DNA of 64,000 bases from Nanobdellota archaeon (GCA_018816705.1 JAHIVG010000079.1:8064-72063), one strand, 5' to 3'. Counted from the first letter of the stretch, positions 30,465-40,644 are shown. The notes: generated by a model not told the origin, from the letters alone. Translations and numbers: made by a program.

Positions 30465-30633
30465 GGCAACAACAATACTGGCAGCGCGACGGTCAAATGC
30501 GACGCATTTGCTCTACTCGTCAGACCGGAACCCAGAACTTCGTAACTGGCACAGTCACTACCTACGGTCGTTCGGCGGTCAAATAAGAGATTTAACAACC
30601 CGGTCTGCCTCGCCGCGCGCCATTGTTGTTGCC
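30465..30633. ncRNA. Candidate structured RNA / conserved hairpin element, family Z, copy 1
   Basis: Closing stem ggcaacaacaat (30465-30476) / attgttgttgcc (30622-30633). Nested hairpins caaatgcg-a-cgcatttg and cagaccgg...ccggtctg. A second copy with compensatory changes lies at 60613-60716 on the opposite strand. The transcribed strand is unknown. Confidence 0.4.
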
Positions 30634-30684
30634 TACTAGCTAGGTGCCATAAGCCTTATAAACAACTGTTGATTTTTACCAGGA

Positions 30685-32508
30685 ATGGAACCAGAAAACA
30701 CTCACAAGATGGTGCCGGACACTTCTGTATTGGTCGATGCCGCGGTATCAAAGAAGATAAGCAAGGGCGATATCGCCCCGGAAGAGATCATCATCCACGA
30801 AGCGGTCATCGCAGAGCTGGAGCACATGGCCAATGAGAACAAGGCCATAGGCTTCTTAGGCCTGGACGAGATCGGAAGGATAAAGGAGCTCTCAGAAGAG
30901 AAAGGCTTCAAGATACGCTTCGGCGGCAGGAGACCGACGCTGAGAGAGGTCAGGGAATCATCCTTAGGTGAGATAGACGCCCTGATACGCGACCTCGCCT
31001 TCGACGAGAGCGCAACACTGATCACAGCAGACAAGGTCCAGGCAAAGGTGGCCAAGACAAAGGGCATCCCCGTACTGTTCATCGAGCAAAGCCAGACAAA
31101 GAAGAAGCTGGAGCTGGACAAATACTTCGACAAGACCACGATGTCAGTGCACCTCAGGGAGAACGTGCCCCCATACGCGAAGAAAGGCGTTCCGGGCAGC
31201 TGGCAGTTCGTCAAGGTAAAAGATGATTTGCTCAAGCAGGAAGAGATACAGGACATATCCAGGGAGATAATCGAGGAAGCCGGTCACCGCCGTGACGGAT
31301 TCATAGAGATAGAACGGCCAGGCAGCACGATCGCCCAGTTAGGAAGCTATAGGATAACCATCACAAGGCCGCCGTTCAGCGACGGATGGGAGATAACGGC
31401 TGTGAGGCCGGTCAAGAGGATGGGACTCAGCGATTACAAGCTGAGCGAGAAATTGCAGGCAAGGATAAGCGAACAGGCAGAGGGAGTGCTGATAGCAGGC
31501 TCTCCAGGGCACGGCAAGAGCACATTCGCCCAGGCGCTCGCAGAGTTCTACGCATCGAAAGGGAGGATTGTCAAGACGATCGAGGCCCCGAGAGACCTGG
31601 TGCTGCCGGAGACAATCACCCAGTATGCGATAAGCCACGGCACGCAGGAAGAGATACACGACATACTGCTGCTCTGCAGGCCAGACTACACCCTGTTCGA
31701 CGAGATGCGCAACACGAACGATTTCAGGCTCTTTGCAGACCTCAGGCTGTCAGGCATAGGCCTGGCAGGTGTGGTGCACGCGACGAATCCCATCGACGCG
31801 ATCCAGAGGTTCGTCGGCAGGATCGAGCTCGGCGTGATACCCCAAGTGATAGACACTGTGATATTCATAAAGAATGGGGCAGTGGACAAGGTCCTGGCCC
31901 TGAAAATGATGGTCAAGGTACCGTCAGGCATGACAGAAGCCGATCTCGCAAGGCCGGTAGTCGTCGTGAACGACTTTGAGACCGACCGCCTGGAGTTCGA
32001 GCTGTACAGCTACGGTGAAGAGACCGTCGTCGTCCCAGTGGGAAAAGATGAAGGGGCTAGCAGCCCAGCAAAGACACTGGCCTCAAAGACAATCGCGGAT
32101 GAACTGCACAAGCACGTGGAGCACGTCGAGGTCGAGATGGTCAGCGACCACAAATGCATAGTACGGGTGCCGGAGCACAGGATAGCCAAGATAATCGGCC
32201 GTGGCGGAGAGAACATAACACAGCTTGAGAGGAAGCTCGGCATAAGGATAGACGTGCAGCCCCTGGAGGAAGAGAAGGGCGGGCAGACAGTGCAGCCCGT
32301 CGAGACAAATGTATCGAAGAAATTCATCCTCTTCAACCTGGGAGGCAAGTACAGCAACCGGGACGTGCACATATTCATCGACAACGACTTTGTGCTCACG
32401 GCCAAGGCAGGCAAGACAGGGCTGATAAGGATCAAGCGCAACAACAAGATGGGGCAAGTCCTCACAGAAGCCATCAACACGAAAGAAAGGCTGGAGTTCA
32501 GGCTGTAA
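30685..32508 (+). CDS. PIN-domain / PilT-type ATPase / KH-domain protein (PINA-like)
   Basis: N-terminal PIN domain, central ATPase with Walker A GSPGHGKST, C-terminal KH domain (IAKIIGRGGENITQLERKLG). Confidence 0.75.
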   Translation: MEPENTHKMVPDTSVLVDAAVSKKISKGDIAPEEIIIHEAVIAELEHMANENKAIGFLGLDEIGRIKELSEEKGFKIRFGGRRPTLREVRESSLGEIDALIRDLAFDESATLITADKVQAKVAKTKGIPVLFIEQSQTKKKLELDKYFDKTTMSVHLRENVPPYAKKGVPGSWQFVKVKDDLLKQEEIQDISREIIEEAGHRRDGFIEIERPGSTIAQLGSYRITITRPPFSDGWEITAVRPVKRMGLSDYKLSEKLQARISEQAEGVLIAGSPGHGKSTFAQALAEFYASKGRIVKTIEAPRDLVLPETITQYAISHGTQEEIHDILLLCRPDYTLFDEMRNTNDFRLFADLRLSGIGLAGVVHATNPIDAIQRFVGRIELGVIPQVIDTVIFIKNGAVDKVLALKMMVKVPSGMTEADLARPVVVVNDFETDRLEFELYSYGEETVVVPVGKDEGASSPAKTLASKTIADELHKHVEHVEVEMVSDHKCIVRVPEHRIAKIIGRGGENITQLERKLGIRIDVQPLEEEKGGQTVQPVETNVSKKFILFNLGGKYSNRDVHIFIDNDFVLTAKAGKTGLIRIKRNNKMGQVLTEAINTKERLEFRL

Positions 32509-32758
32509 ATAAGAGATAAGTAAAAAAGAAGCAAGAAGGTGACTGTTTCTAACGTTTATAAATGAAGCTTGCGATGATTTATTAACAGAGTGAGCTGGGG
32601 CAGAATGGCATAACAAAGCGGACTCTCCAGTTCGGTTGCGAGAAAAACCGGTATTTAGTTGTCAAACCTGGCACATGTCACCTAAGACATATCCCAAGCC
32701 ACGCTCCGCCAAGACACGAGCCTCATATACGATTAATCGTATTCAGGGGGTTCCATAA

Positions 32759-32962
32759 CTAATGGGCTAAGGCTTTTTCACGTAATTTTTTTAACTTTGA
32801 AATCGGCACCTCAATGAAGAAAGACCCGGAATGGCCGCACCTGTTGCACACATATGTTTGTGGCAAAATGCCTATCTGTTGCAGCGCGTCCCTGTCCTGA
32901 GACACATCAGGTGACTTACACTTTGGACAAACCCTGACATATTTTTCTTTCTTCCCAAACAT
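32759..32962 (-). CDS. Small zinc-ribbon protein
   Basis: 67 aa with CPKC...CNRC. Confidence 0.4.
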   Translation of the reverse strand: MFGKKEKYVRVCPKCKSPDVSQDRDALQQIGILPQTYVCNRCGHSGSFFIEVPISKLKKLREKALAH

Positions 32963-33035
32963 GAATATGCTTCACTATTCTCAATATATAAACCTTTACA
33001 ATAGTTTTTTAAACCTAAAGTTCTCTCTCTCACAC

Positions 33036-34316
33036 ATGCTCGACATAAGATTGTTCAGGGAGGATCCTGATAAGGTAAGGAAGGACCTCATGAAGCGCAA
33101 GGACAAGGGGAAGCTGGGGTGGGTAGATAAGATAATCGGCCTTGACAAGGAGGGGAGGAAGGTCCAGCAGGACGTTGACAAGCTCAGGCATGAGCGCAAC
33201 GAGGTCTCGAAGAAGATAAACGAGCTGAAGAAGAAGGATAAGGACCCGAAGAAGGAGCTGGTGCGGGCGAAGGAGATTCCGGCAGAGCTGAAGGCCCTGG
33301 AAGAGAAACAGCAGGCCTTGTCATCAGACATCACATATTTCCTCATGCGCATCCCGAACATCATGCACCCTTCGGTGCCTGTGGGAGACGATGACACGCA
33401 GAACGAGGTCATAAGGAGCTGGGGCATGCCCAAGAAGCCTCATCCAGGAATGCTCAGCCACGGTGAATTCGCAGAGAAGCTCGGAGCGGACTTCGAGAGG
33501 AGCGCAAAGATAGCAGGCACAGGATTCTACTTCCTGAAAGGCAACTTAGCCCTGCTGAACCAGGCCCTGATATGGTTTGCCACACAGCACATGGTCAAGA
33601 AGGGATACACATACGTAGAGCCTCCCCTGATGATGCGCAAAGACTTCTACAAGGGCGTCACAGACCTGGAGGACTTCAAGAAGGTCATGTACAAGGTGGA
33701 AGGGGAGGACGGATACCTAATAGCCACGTCAGAGCACCCGCTTGTGGGGATGTATGCCAACGAGACCCTGGATGAAAAGCAGCTGCCGATGAAGATGTGC
33801 GGGTACTCCATGTGCTTCAGGCGGGAGATAGGCAGCCATGGCGTCGACACCAAGGGGTTATTCAGGACGCACCAGTTCAACAAGGTCGAGCAGGTCGTCA
33901 TAAGCAGGCCAGAGGAATCATGGGAGCTGCACGAAGAGCTGCAGAGGAACGCGGAGGAGGTCTATGAGCAGCTGGAGCTGCCGTACAGGGTCGTGAACGT
34001 CTGCACAGGCGACCTCGGCATAGTCGCGAGCAAGAAATATGACATAGAGGTCTGGATGCCGAAACAGGAAAAATATCGAGAGGTCGGCTCCTGCTCGAAC
34101 TGCACAGAATACCAAGCGAGAAGGCTGGGCATAAAGTATAAGGAGAAGGAGGAGAAGAGGTTTGTGCACACGCTGAACAACACTGTCATCGCCACGTCAA
34201 GGGTGCTGGTGGCAATCCTCGAGAACTTCCAGAATGAGGACGGCACGCTGACCATCCCAGAGCCGTTGAGGCCTCTGATGGGCGGCATGAATAAGATCAA
34301 GCCGGAAAATCACTGA
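33036..34316 (+). CDS. serS: Seryl-tRNA synthetase
   Basis: Start MLDIRLFREDPD, an N-terminal coiled coil and class II motifs (FRRE, GSHG..., TLNNT). The ORF track starts at 32961; the internal Met at 33036 is preferred. Confidence 0.9.
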   Translation: MLDIRLFREDPDKVRKDLMKRKDKGKLGWVDKIIGLDKEGRKVQQDVDKLRHERNEVSKKINELKKKDKDPKKELVRAKEIPAELKALEEKQQALSSDITYFLMRIPNIMHPSVPVGDDDTQNEVIRSWGMPKKPHPGMLSHGEFAEKLGADFERSAKIAGTGFYFLKGNLALLNQALIWFATQHMVKKGYTYVEPPLMMRKDFYKGVTDLEDFKKVMYKVEGEDGYLIATSEHPLVGMYANETLDEKQLPMKMCGYSMCFRREIGSHGVDTKGLFRTHQFNKVEQVVISRPEESWELHEELQRNAEEVYEQLELPYRVVNVCTGDLGIVASKKYDIEVWMPKQEKYREVGSCSNCTEYQARRLGIKYKEKEEKRFVHTLNNTVIATSRVLVAILENFQNEDGTLTIPEPLRPLMGGMNKIKPENH

Positions 34317-34362
34317 TTCTATCTGCATAACACATATAAATAATAGTGGCATCACCAGATGC

Positions 34363-35433
34363 ATGGCACTGTTCAAGGATATTCTCGGCGCGGAAGAGAC
34401 ACTGTTCAAGAATCCTGTCGCGTTGGATCCGGACTTCATGCCCAAAGAGATACCCTATAGGGAGAACGAGCAGCACTATATCGCAGACTGCATCAAACCG
34501 CTGTTCAAGAAGAGGAACGGCCGCAACCTCATCGTCACAGGCGCGCCAGGCATAGGCAAGACAGCAGCGTGCAAGCACATCCTGCAGGACCTGGAAAAGG
34601 AGACAGACGAGATATACACTATCTACGTCAACTGCTGGAACAAGAACACCACGTACAAGATAATACTAGAACTCTGCGAGGCCTTAGGCTACAGGTTCAC
34701 ACAGAACAAGAAGACAGAGGAGCTCTTCGGGATAGTCAAGGGCATGCTGAACAAGAAGAGTGCAGTGCTGGTCTTCGACGAGATAGACAAGATGGAAGAG
34801 TTCGACTTCCTATACACATTCGTCGAGGAGATATACAGGAAGACCGTGGTGATGATCACCAACTACAAGGAATGGATCACTGATCTTGACCAGAGGATAA
34901 AGTCAAGGCTGATCCCCGACACGCTGGAGTTCAAACCGTACAAGCCAGGAGAGATAAGAGGCATACTCGAACAGAGGATGAAGGCAGCATTCTTCGACGG
35001 GATCTGGCAGGGAGAGGCATTTGACATCGTCGTCGAGAAGACGGCAGAGACGGGCGACGTCAGGACAGGACTGTTCCTGATGCGGGAGGCCGGAAGCGCA
35101 GCCGAGGAAGAGAGCAAGCGCAGCATAACAATCGAGCATGTCAAGAAGGCAACGTCGAGGATGCAGGGCTTCAGCATAAAGAAGGACTCTGAGCTGGAGG
35201 AGAGCACAAAGGAGATACTCGAGCTAGTCAAGAGCAACCCTGACATGCGCATCGGCGAGCTCTTCAAGAGATACCAGAAGGACGGAGGGGCCCTTACGTA
35301 CAAGAGCTTCCAGAGAAGGATACAGAAGCTGGCAGAGAACAAGTTCATATCGGTCAAGAAGCTCATGGGCGGCAAGGACGGCACGACCACGATCGTGAAG
35401 CCCTTCGAGCACAAGAAGCTGACGGAGTTCTAA
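34363..35433 (+). CDS. orc1: Orc1/Cdc6 replication initiator
   Basis: AAA+ fold with Walker A GAPGIGKTA, Walker B VLVFDEIDKM and a C-terminal winged helix. Confidence 0.92.
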   Translation: MALFKDILGAEETLFKNPVALDPDFMPKEIPYRENEQHYIADCIKPLFKKRNGRNLIVTGAPGIGKTAACKHILQDLEKETDEIYTIYVNCWNKNTTYKIILELCEALGYRFTQNKKTEELFGIVKGMLNKKSAVLVFDEIDKMEEFDFLYTFVEEIYRKTVVMITNYKEWITDLDQRIKSRLIPDTLEFKPYKPGEIRGILEQRMKAAFFDGIWQGEAFDIVVEKTAETGDVRTGLFLMREAGSAAEEESKRSITIEHVKKATSRMQGFSIKKDSELEESTKEILELVKSNPDMRIGELFKRYQKDGGALTYKSFQRRIQKLAENKFISVKKLMGGKDGTTTIVKPFEHKKLTEF

Positions 35434-36761
35434 TCATATACCCTTCTAACTTCAGGGAATGACTCAGGCCATAGCTTGTCTCTCTTCTCAGGGTCAGCCA
35501 TGATCTGCTGCTCAAGCTCCTCAACAAGGACCATGAGCTCATCCTCAATAGGGCGGACCTTTTTTAAGTAACTATACCCACCATAACGGATAATCACATT
35601 CTTGGCAAGAGCTTTCTTGAGATAGGTCGCTAGGGGATTGTTCCATATCCTCCTTTTCGAGCGGGCAATGTTCCTAATCATCCCCGCAAGCCTTTTATGC
35701 CCGAACCTGTCGAGCACTTCAAAGTCTATTATCGGCTTATACCACCTGTTCTCTTCATAGAAATAACGGTCAATGCCACGGATGAGTTCTTCGGTCAAGA
35801 AATCGCCCTGGTGACGGATAGCCTCCTCAATGGGAAGCTCCTTGATGATCTTCAGGAATTGGATGTAATTCATCTCACCATCATCCCCGTTGTTATTGGC
35901 CTTCGAGCCTATCAATCCTTCGTAATCAACCCCGCGAATCATCGGGATGCCTAATCCTGCCTTAATATTCTCAAGATAGGTGACAGGGTTATCACCCGGA
36001 GCAAGAGTGTAAACACGGCCGACGTCACCAGAATGGCTATCGGATCCAGCTACCAAAGGCTTGTCATGAAGAAGTGCGAGCTCGAGGGGAAACATATTCT
36101 TATTTTGTATGGTGCTCGGTGCGCCACAGAGCTCAATCAAGTCGACCCTGTCAGCATAATCTATCAGGCGCCTGTGGTCAACCTTTTTCTCATCAATATC
36201 TTTCACCTCACAACCCCCTGCATGTGCAAGCACTGTCGTAAGCTTATGCTCACGGGCATACTTAGTGAAATCGTCAATAGATGAGGAAGCCCTTTTCAAT
36301 TCTTCTTCATGATTTTCCAGGACCTGGACCAGTCGGTCAAGCGGCCATCTGTTCTCGTAAGCCTCTAAGATCTCATGGGGTTTGAGCGCAAGAACATGGA
36401 TTTCAAAACCGATTCTCGGGTCATTTATGGAATATTCGGCGTTGGGGATGATTCTTGGCCAATGCTTGCGCCCCAATGCCGCAAGAAGTTTTCTGATTCC
36501 CATCCTGTTATGGTCACTTTTGGTGAAATAACTCATCTGGCGGCCGTCAATTGCCCTGTAGTACTGTGTGGGTGCAGTTCTGTCCCCTAGCCGAGGTATG
36601 TCTGATGAATCAGGGGATGTATGCAGGTGCAAATCAACAGCCTCTACAGGCTGGAAAGGCTCTTCTGGCCTATACCTTGCCTCGTACCTGAATGCGCGAT
36701 CGGGCAGATCGAATTCCACAGCCAGCCCATTGTTAGGATTTTCCTTCATATATCCAGACAC
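35430..36761 (-). CDS. PHP-domain metal-dependent phosphoesterase
   Basis: VDLHLHTSPDSSD and AGSDSHS motifs. Confidence 0.65.
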   Translation of the reverse strand: MSGYMKENPNNGLAVEFDLPDRAFRYEARYRPEEPFQPVEAVDLHLHTSPDSSDIPRLGDRTAPTQYYRAIDGRQMSYFTKSDHNRMGIRKLLAALGRKHWPRIIPNAEYSINDPRIGFEIHVLALKPHEILEAYENRWPLDRLVQVLENHEEELKRASSSIDDFTKYAREHKLTTVLAHAGGCEVKDIDEKKVDHRRLIDYADRVDLIELCGAPSTIQNKNMFPLELALLHDKPLVAGSDSHSGDVGRVYTLAPGDNPVTYLENIKAGLGIPMIRGVDYEGLIGSKANNNGDDGEMNYIQFLKIIKELPIEEAIRHQGDFLTEELIRGIDRYFYEENRWYKPIIDFEVLDRFGHKRLAGMIRNIARSKRRIWNNPLATYLKKALAKNVIIRYGGYSYLKKVRPIEDELMVLVEELEQQIMADPEKRDKLWPESFPEVRRVYD

Positions 36762-36816
36762 CTGTCACCACTTTAAAAAGGTTTAGAAAATCATTTAAAA
36801 GGCAAAATCTGGTGCC

Positions 36817-37326
36817 ATGAGTATGCCGACTGCAGTGACACATGTGCTGCTGACAATCATCGCTGTAGACCTATATCGCGATTACTTCTACAAGCACAAG
36901 AAGGTCATAACCCTGCATATGGTGTTCCTCGGGGGAGTGTTCGGGCTCATACCAGACATAGACATACCCATCTATTGGCTGCTCAAGAACGTCTTCGGGA
37001 TATCTGTGGGATTCTTCCACCGGACATATACACATACCTTCCTCATACCGCTGGCATTGCTGCTCTTCGCTGTCCTGTTCCACAAGAGGCACAAGCTTTC
37101 CATAATGCTTGGCATAGCATCATTCGCAGTCAGCTTCCACATAATACTGGACCTGGTGCTGATGGGTTACGTGGCACCGTTCTGGCCGCTATCAGACATC
37201 ACGGTCGGCCTCGGACTGCTGGACAGGTTGGCCTGGCCCGCGCTGATGGAGGGCATAGACGCGATACTCTTGCTAGGATGGCTCTGGCATGAGGAGAAGA
37301 AGCACAGGATAACTGATTTTATTTGA
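36817..37326 (+). CDS. Membrane-bound metal-dependent hydrolase (DUF457/YbcI-like)
   Basis: HRTYTH motif and 4-5 TM segments. Confidence 0.5.
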   Translation: MSMPTAVTHVLLTIIAVDLYRDYFYKHKKVITLHMVFLGGVFGLIPDIDIPIYWLLKNVFGISVGFFHRTYTHTFLIPLALLLFAVLFHKRHKLSIMLGIASFAVSFHIILDLVLMGYVAPFWPLSDITVGLGLLDRLAWPALMEGIDAILLLGWLWHEEKKHRITDFI

Positions 37327-37470
37327 AAATCTCGCCAAAGAAATTTTCTTTGGGTTAAATACTACACCCCTTTAGGGCGAAATTTTCAATTCCAAAAACT
37401 CGCCTATAAGTGCAAGGAGAGTAATACACCGACCTTGAGGTCGGTGGTAGCTCCGAGAGGCGAGTTTTTG

Positions 37471-38145
37471 TTATCTGACAACAGTCCCTTTGAACGGCTT
37501 GTTGTGCAGGGCTGACCTGAAGGATACGAGGTCGTTGCCGTTGATAATATTGAGCTGAAGGCCTGCTTTCTTCGCGTCCTTGACAGCGATGGGGTCGAAG
37601 GGCATGTCCAGCCTGGGCCTCCATTCTGTACCGACCAGGGCCTGGAGGCCATCCCAAGAAAGCTCCTTCAAGGGCTTGGCATCCTTGTGCCCCCTCGGAT
37701 CCTTGTCATAAACATAATCGACGTTGGTGAGGTTGATAAGGGTTTTTGCCTTGAAATGCTTCGCAAGGATCACAGCGTCCATGTCAGAGGAGAAGCCGGG
37801 CTTCCAGCCTGAAGCGACAATCACAGGCCTGTCTGTCTTCGGGACTCTTGTGGGGTCCTTCACGACATCATCATATGCGATCCTGCCAAATATCGATCTG
37901 AGGAGATGGGCATTCAGCTTTGTGCAGGCGATCCCGATCAGGTCAAAATCCTCGTCGCTGATATCAGCTATCTTCTTGGCAGCCTGGTTGTACATGAAGT
38001 TTATCTTACCGCCGCCGGTCACGATGACAGCCTTATTTCCATCCTTTACGAAGTCCTCGATGATCCTCTTGAACTTCTTCAGGTATTCGACCTTGACTTC
38101 CTTGTCGAAGACGAACTTCCCCGAGAGCGAAATTATAGCAGTCAT
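37471..38145 (-). CDS. Amino-acid-kinase-fold protein, possibly archaeal UMP kinase (PyrH)
   Basis: Start MTAIISLSGKF, then AVIVTGGGK and IVASGWKPGFSSD. Its start ATG overlaps the stop of the upstream ORF (ATGA). Confidence 0.55.
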   Translation of the reverse strand: MTAIISLSGKFVFDKEVKVEYLKKFKRIIEDFVKDGNKAVIVTGGGKINFMYNQAAKKIADISDEDFDLIGIACTKLNAHLLRSIFGRIAYDDVVKDPTRVPKTDRPVIVASGWKPGFSSDMDAVILAKHFKAKTLINLTNVDYVYDKDPRGHKDAKPLKELSWDGLQALVGTEWRPRLDMPFDPIAVKDAKKAGLQLNIINGNDLVSFRSALHNKPFKGTVVR

Positions 38146-38492
38146 GATGAGAACCCTATGAAAGCCACGCCGATGATTATTATGGCTATGCCTGCCCATT
38201 TCCAGGTGTTCATCCTCTCCTTCAGGAACCACATGGAGAAGAAGCTCACCCAGATGTAAGTGGTGGCCACTAGCGGATAGAGCACCGAGAGCTCACCGTA
38301 TTTGAGTGCTGGGATGAAGATGAGGGTGGAGATGCCGTACAAGGCCACAGCAATGATGAGGTGGGAGTTGCGCATCAGCTTGCGCAGGTTGAAGGTGAAG
38401 CTGGCAGAGGCCTTCTTCATGAGGACGGATGCGTAAGCGCCCATCACGCACGCGCCCAGGGTCGCGATTATGGAAAATATCGAGGTCGTCAT
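38142..38492 (-). CDS. 4-TM EamA/DMT-superfamily half-transporter
   Basis: 116 aa, 4 TM; the C-terminus reads GELSVLYP...W.WAG. It is a paralog of the next gene. Confidence 0.55.
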   Translation of the reverse strand: MTTSIFSIIATLGACVMGAYASVLMKKASASFTFNLRKLMRNSHLIIAVALYGISTLIFIPALKYGELSVLYPLVATTYIWVSFFSMWFLKERMNTWKWAGIAIIIIGVAFIGFSS

Positions 38493-38848
38493 CTTTTGCT
38501 ACCTATGCCTATGCTGGTGACACCGAGTATTATGAGACCCACGCCGGCCCATTTCCATGTGCCGACGGCCTCGCGGAAGATTGTTGCAGAGAGTATGGAC
38601 ACCCAGACATAGCTGGTAGCCACGAAAGGATACAATACCGATAGCTCGCCGCCCTTCAGAGCGATGAGCAGCAACGCTGCGCTGGCAAGATAGACGAATG
38701 CTCCGATGATTATCCAGTAGTTGGTGAGGATGGTCATCATGTCAGACCAGATTATCTTGTCCGCACCGAGCTTGTAGAGGACCTGGCCGGTGGAGGTGAG
38801 CACAGTCGCCAGCAGGATGACCCCTATGGCCCATAGCTTGGTTGCCAT
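38489..38848 (-). CDS. 4-TM EamA/DMT-superfamily half-transporter, paired
   Basis: A 119 aa paralog; it overlaps the neighbouring gene by 4 nt. Confidence 0.55.
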   Translation of the reverse strand: MATKLWAIGVILLATVLTSTGQVLYKLGADKIIWSDMMTILTNYWIIIGAFVYLASAALLLIALKGGELSVLYPFVATSYVWVSILSATIFREAVGTWKWAGVGLIILGVTSIGIGSKR

Positions 38849-38916
38849 GGCATTTCCAGAACCCAGTTCGGTTTAAAAACCTTTCTCTAATCCCTAACAG
38901 ACACTCATCAGAGCCT

Positions 38917-40644
38917 CTAATCCCTCAACAGCTTCTCAATGATCGAAGCGAAGGCAGGCCTTGTTATTAGCACACCGATAGTAACACCGAGGATCGTCGT
39001 GATCGCAAACCCTTTCAGCAGGCCAGCTCCAGCCCTCATAAGGGGCAGCATGGCAACCACAGTCGCGACGTATGCAGCGATAATTATGAAGAAAGCGCGC
39101 TTGATCCTCTCGCGCAAGCCCACGAACATCTTAGATTTCTGGCCGCGGAGCAGCTCGTCGGTGATGATGATCTGGTCATCCACCCCGGTGCCGAGAGCGA
39201 CGATGATCCCTGCGATGGCAGCCAGGTCTATGTTCCAGCCGATCAGGGAAGCAAGGCCGAGTATGAGGAAGATCTCAGAAGCCATCGTCACCATTATCGT
39301 GACTGCGATCTGCGGCTTGCGGTAGCGGATGAGGATTATCAAGGCCACGGCCACGATAGACAAGGCAGCGATGAACAAGGCATTCAAGAGGAATTCCTCG
39401 CCGAGAATGGGTGAGATCGCATCAGATTTGACGACGTCAAGCTTCACCGGGAGGCTGCCTGTAATGAGGATGGTCTGCAGCCTTTTCATCTCCCTGAGCG
39501 AATTGGTTATTGCCTCCTGCTGGCTGGAGCCAGAAGAGCTGCCTGATATGGCTATCTCAGTCGTCGACGAACCCTTCAGGTCTGCGCCTATCCTCAAAGA
39601 ATCGACGAGCTGGTCGTCGAGGAAGAAATTGATGTTCTCAGACAGGTAATCGCCGTCCTGCTCGGTGATGACCTCGAGATCCTGGGTCGCGGCAGCCTGC
39701 CTCTCGCCGGCTTCAGGAGTCATGCTCACAGAGAAGCGGAACCGGCAGAACCAGTCCTGGCCTGAGCGGTCGCAGCCGCGCTGAGGGTCGATTCCCGCGC
39801 ACTCAGCAGACCTACATACATAGGTTATGTCATCCCCTCCCTTGAACACGGTCTGGTTAATGATCTTGGCCTCGAACTTGCCCTGCTTGGCCATCAGCTC
39901 CCTTACCTCTTCCTCGTTGGCCCCGGCGATCTCGACCATGATATACTGGTTGCCGGAGAGGTCAGAGGCCTCCCTTACCACCACGTCTGTCAAGCCAAAA
40001 ACGTTGAGGCGCTGCTTGAGGTTGTCCAGGATGGTCTCCAAGTCCTTGGCAGAGACCTGTTCCCTGGGAGCCAGCATGACCCTCGTGCCCCCTTGGAGAT
40101 CAAGGCCCCGCTTTATGTTCGAGGTCGGGGCAAGGCTCACGCGCAGCCCTATGTCCTCTGTGCCGATCACCTCTTCCAGCACCTTAGGCACGGTGACGGT
40201 CTTGTTGAATGGGACCTGTTCAGTTATTATAGAGCCATTTTCAAGGGTGGTGTTGACAAGACGGTAGTCCGTAACTACCTTCTCCTCGGTCTCATTCAGC
40301 TGAGTCCTCCTTATCAAGGGTTTAGTGGTTATGCGATAGATGCTCTTCGATGTCTTGAGGGCGAAAGTGCTCTCCGGAGGTAGGTTATCGACGAAGGAAC
40401 TGTATTCCTCGACCGTGTTCACAGGCCGGTTGTTTATGGCCAAGACGAGCTCGCGGCTGCGCGGAGCGGTATTCACGGTGGGGCTCTCGATGCCTGCGAT
40501 GGCAGCAGAGCTGTTAATCGCCACGCCCGCAATGGAAAGCCCTTTAGGATCAAAGGTGGGGTTGATGGCGAAAATGGACAGCACCAGCGCTATCAAGAAT
40601 ATTATTACCCTCACATTCACGAATATCGCTCTAGTCCTTGACAT
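38917..40644 (-). CDS. secD: Protein-export membrane protein SecD
   Basis: Large periplasmic domain plus a C-terminal 6TM SecD/SecF core. Confidence 0.8.
   Translation of the reverse strand: MSRTRAIFVNVRVIIFLIALVLSIFAINPTFDPKGLSIAGVAINSSAAIAGIESPTVNTAPRSRELVLAINNRPVNTVEEYSSFVDNLPPESTFALKTSKSIYRITTKPLIRRTQLNETEEKVVTDYRLVNTTLENGSIITEQVPFNKTVTVPKVLEEVIGTEDIGLRVSLAPTSNIKRGLDLQGGTRVMLAPREQVSAKDLETILDNLKQRLNVFGLTDVVVREASDLSGNQYIMVEIAGANEEEVRELMAKQGKFEAKIINQTVFKGGDDITYVCRSAECAGIDPQRGCDRSGQDWFCRFRFSVSMTPEAGERQAAATQDLEVITEQDGDYLSENINFFLDDQLVDSLRIGADLKGSSTTEIAISGSSSGSSQQEAITNSLREMKRLQTILITGSLPVKLDVVKSDAISPILGEEFLLNALFIAALSIVAVALIILIRYRKPQIAVTIMVTMASEIFLILGLASLIGWNIDLAAIAGIIVALGTGVDDQIIITDELLRGQKSKMFVGLRERIKRAFFIIIAAYVATVVAMLPLMRAGAGLLKGFAITTILGVTIGVLITRPAFASIIEKLLRD

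Noticed and set aside
32509-32758. 250-nt convergent intergenic region as a possible ncRNA
   Set aside because: No strong nested pairing and no second copy were found. It contains only the short TTGCGATGAT motif, so it is reported only as a motif.
37340-37470. Possible tRNA or small RNA between the hydrolase and kinase genes (hairpins ggcga...tcgcc, ccgacctt/gaggtcgg, T-runs)
   Set aside because: No cloverleaf could be drawn. Best explained as bidirectional terminator hairpins.
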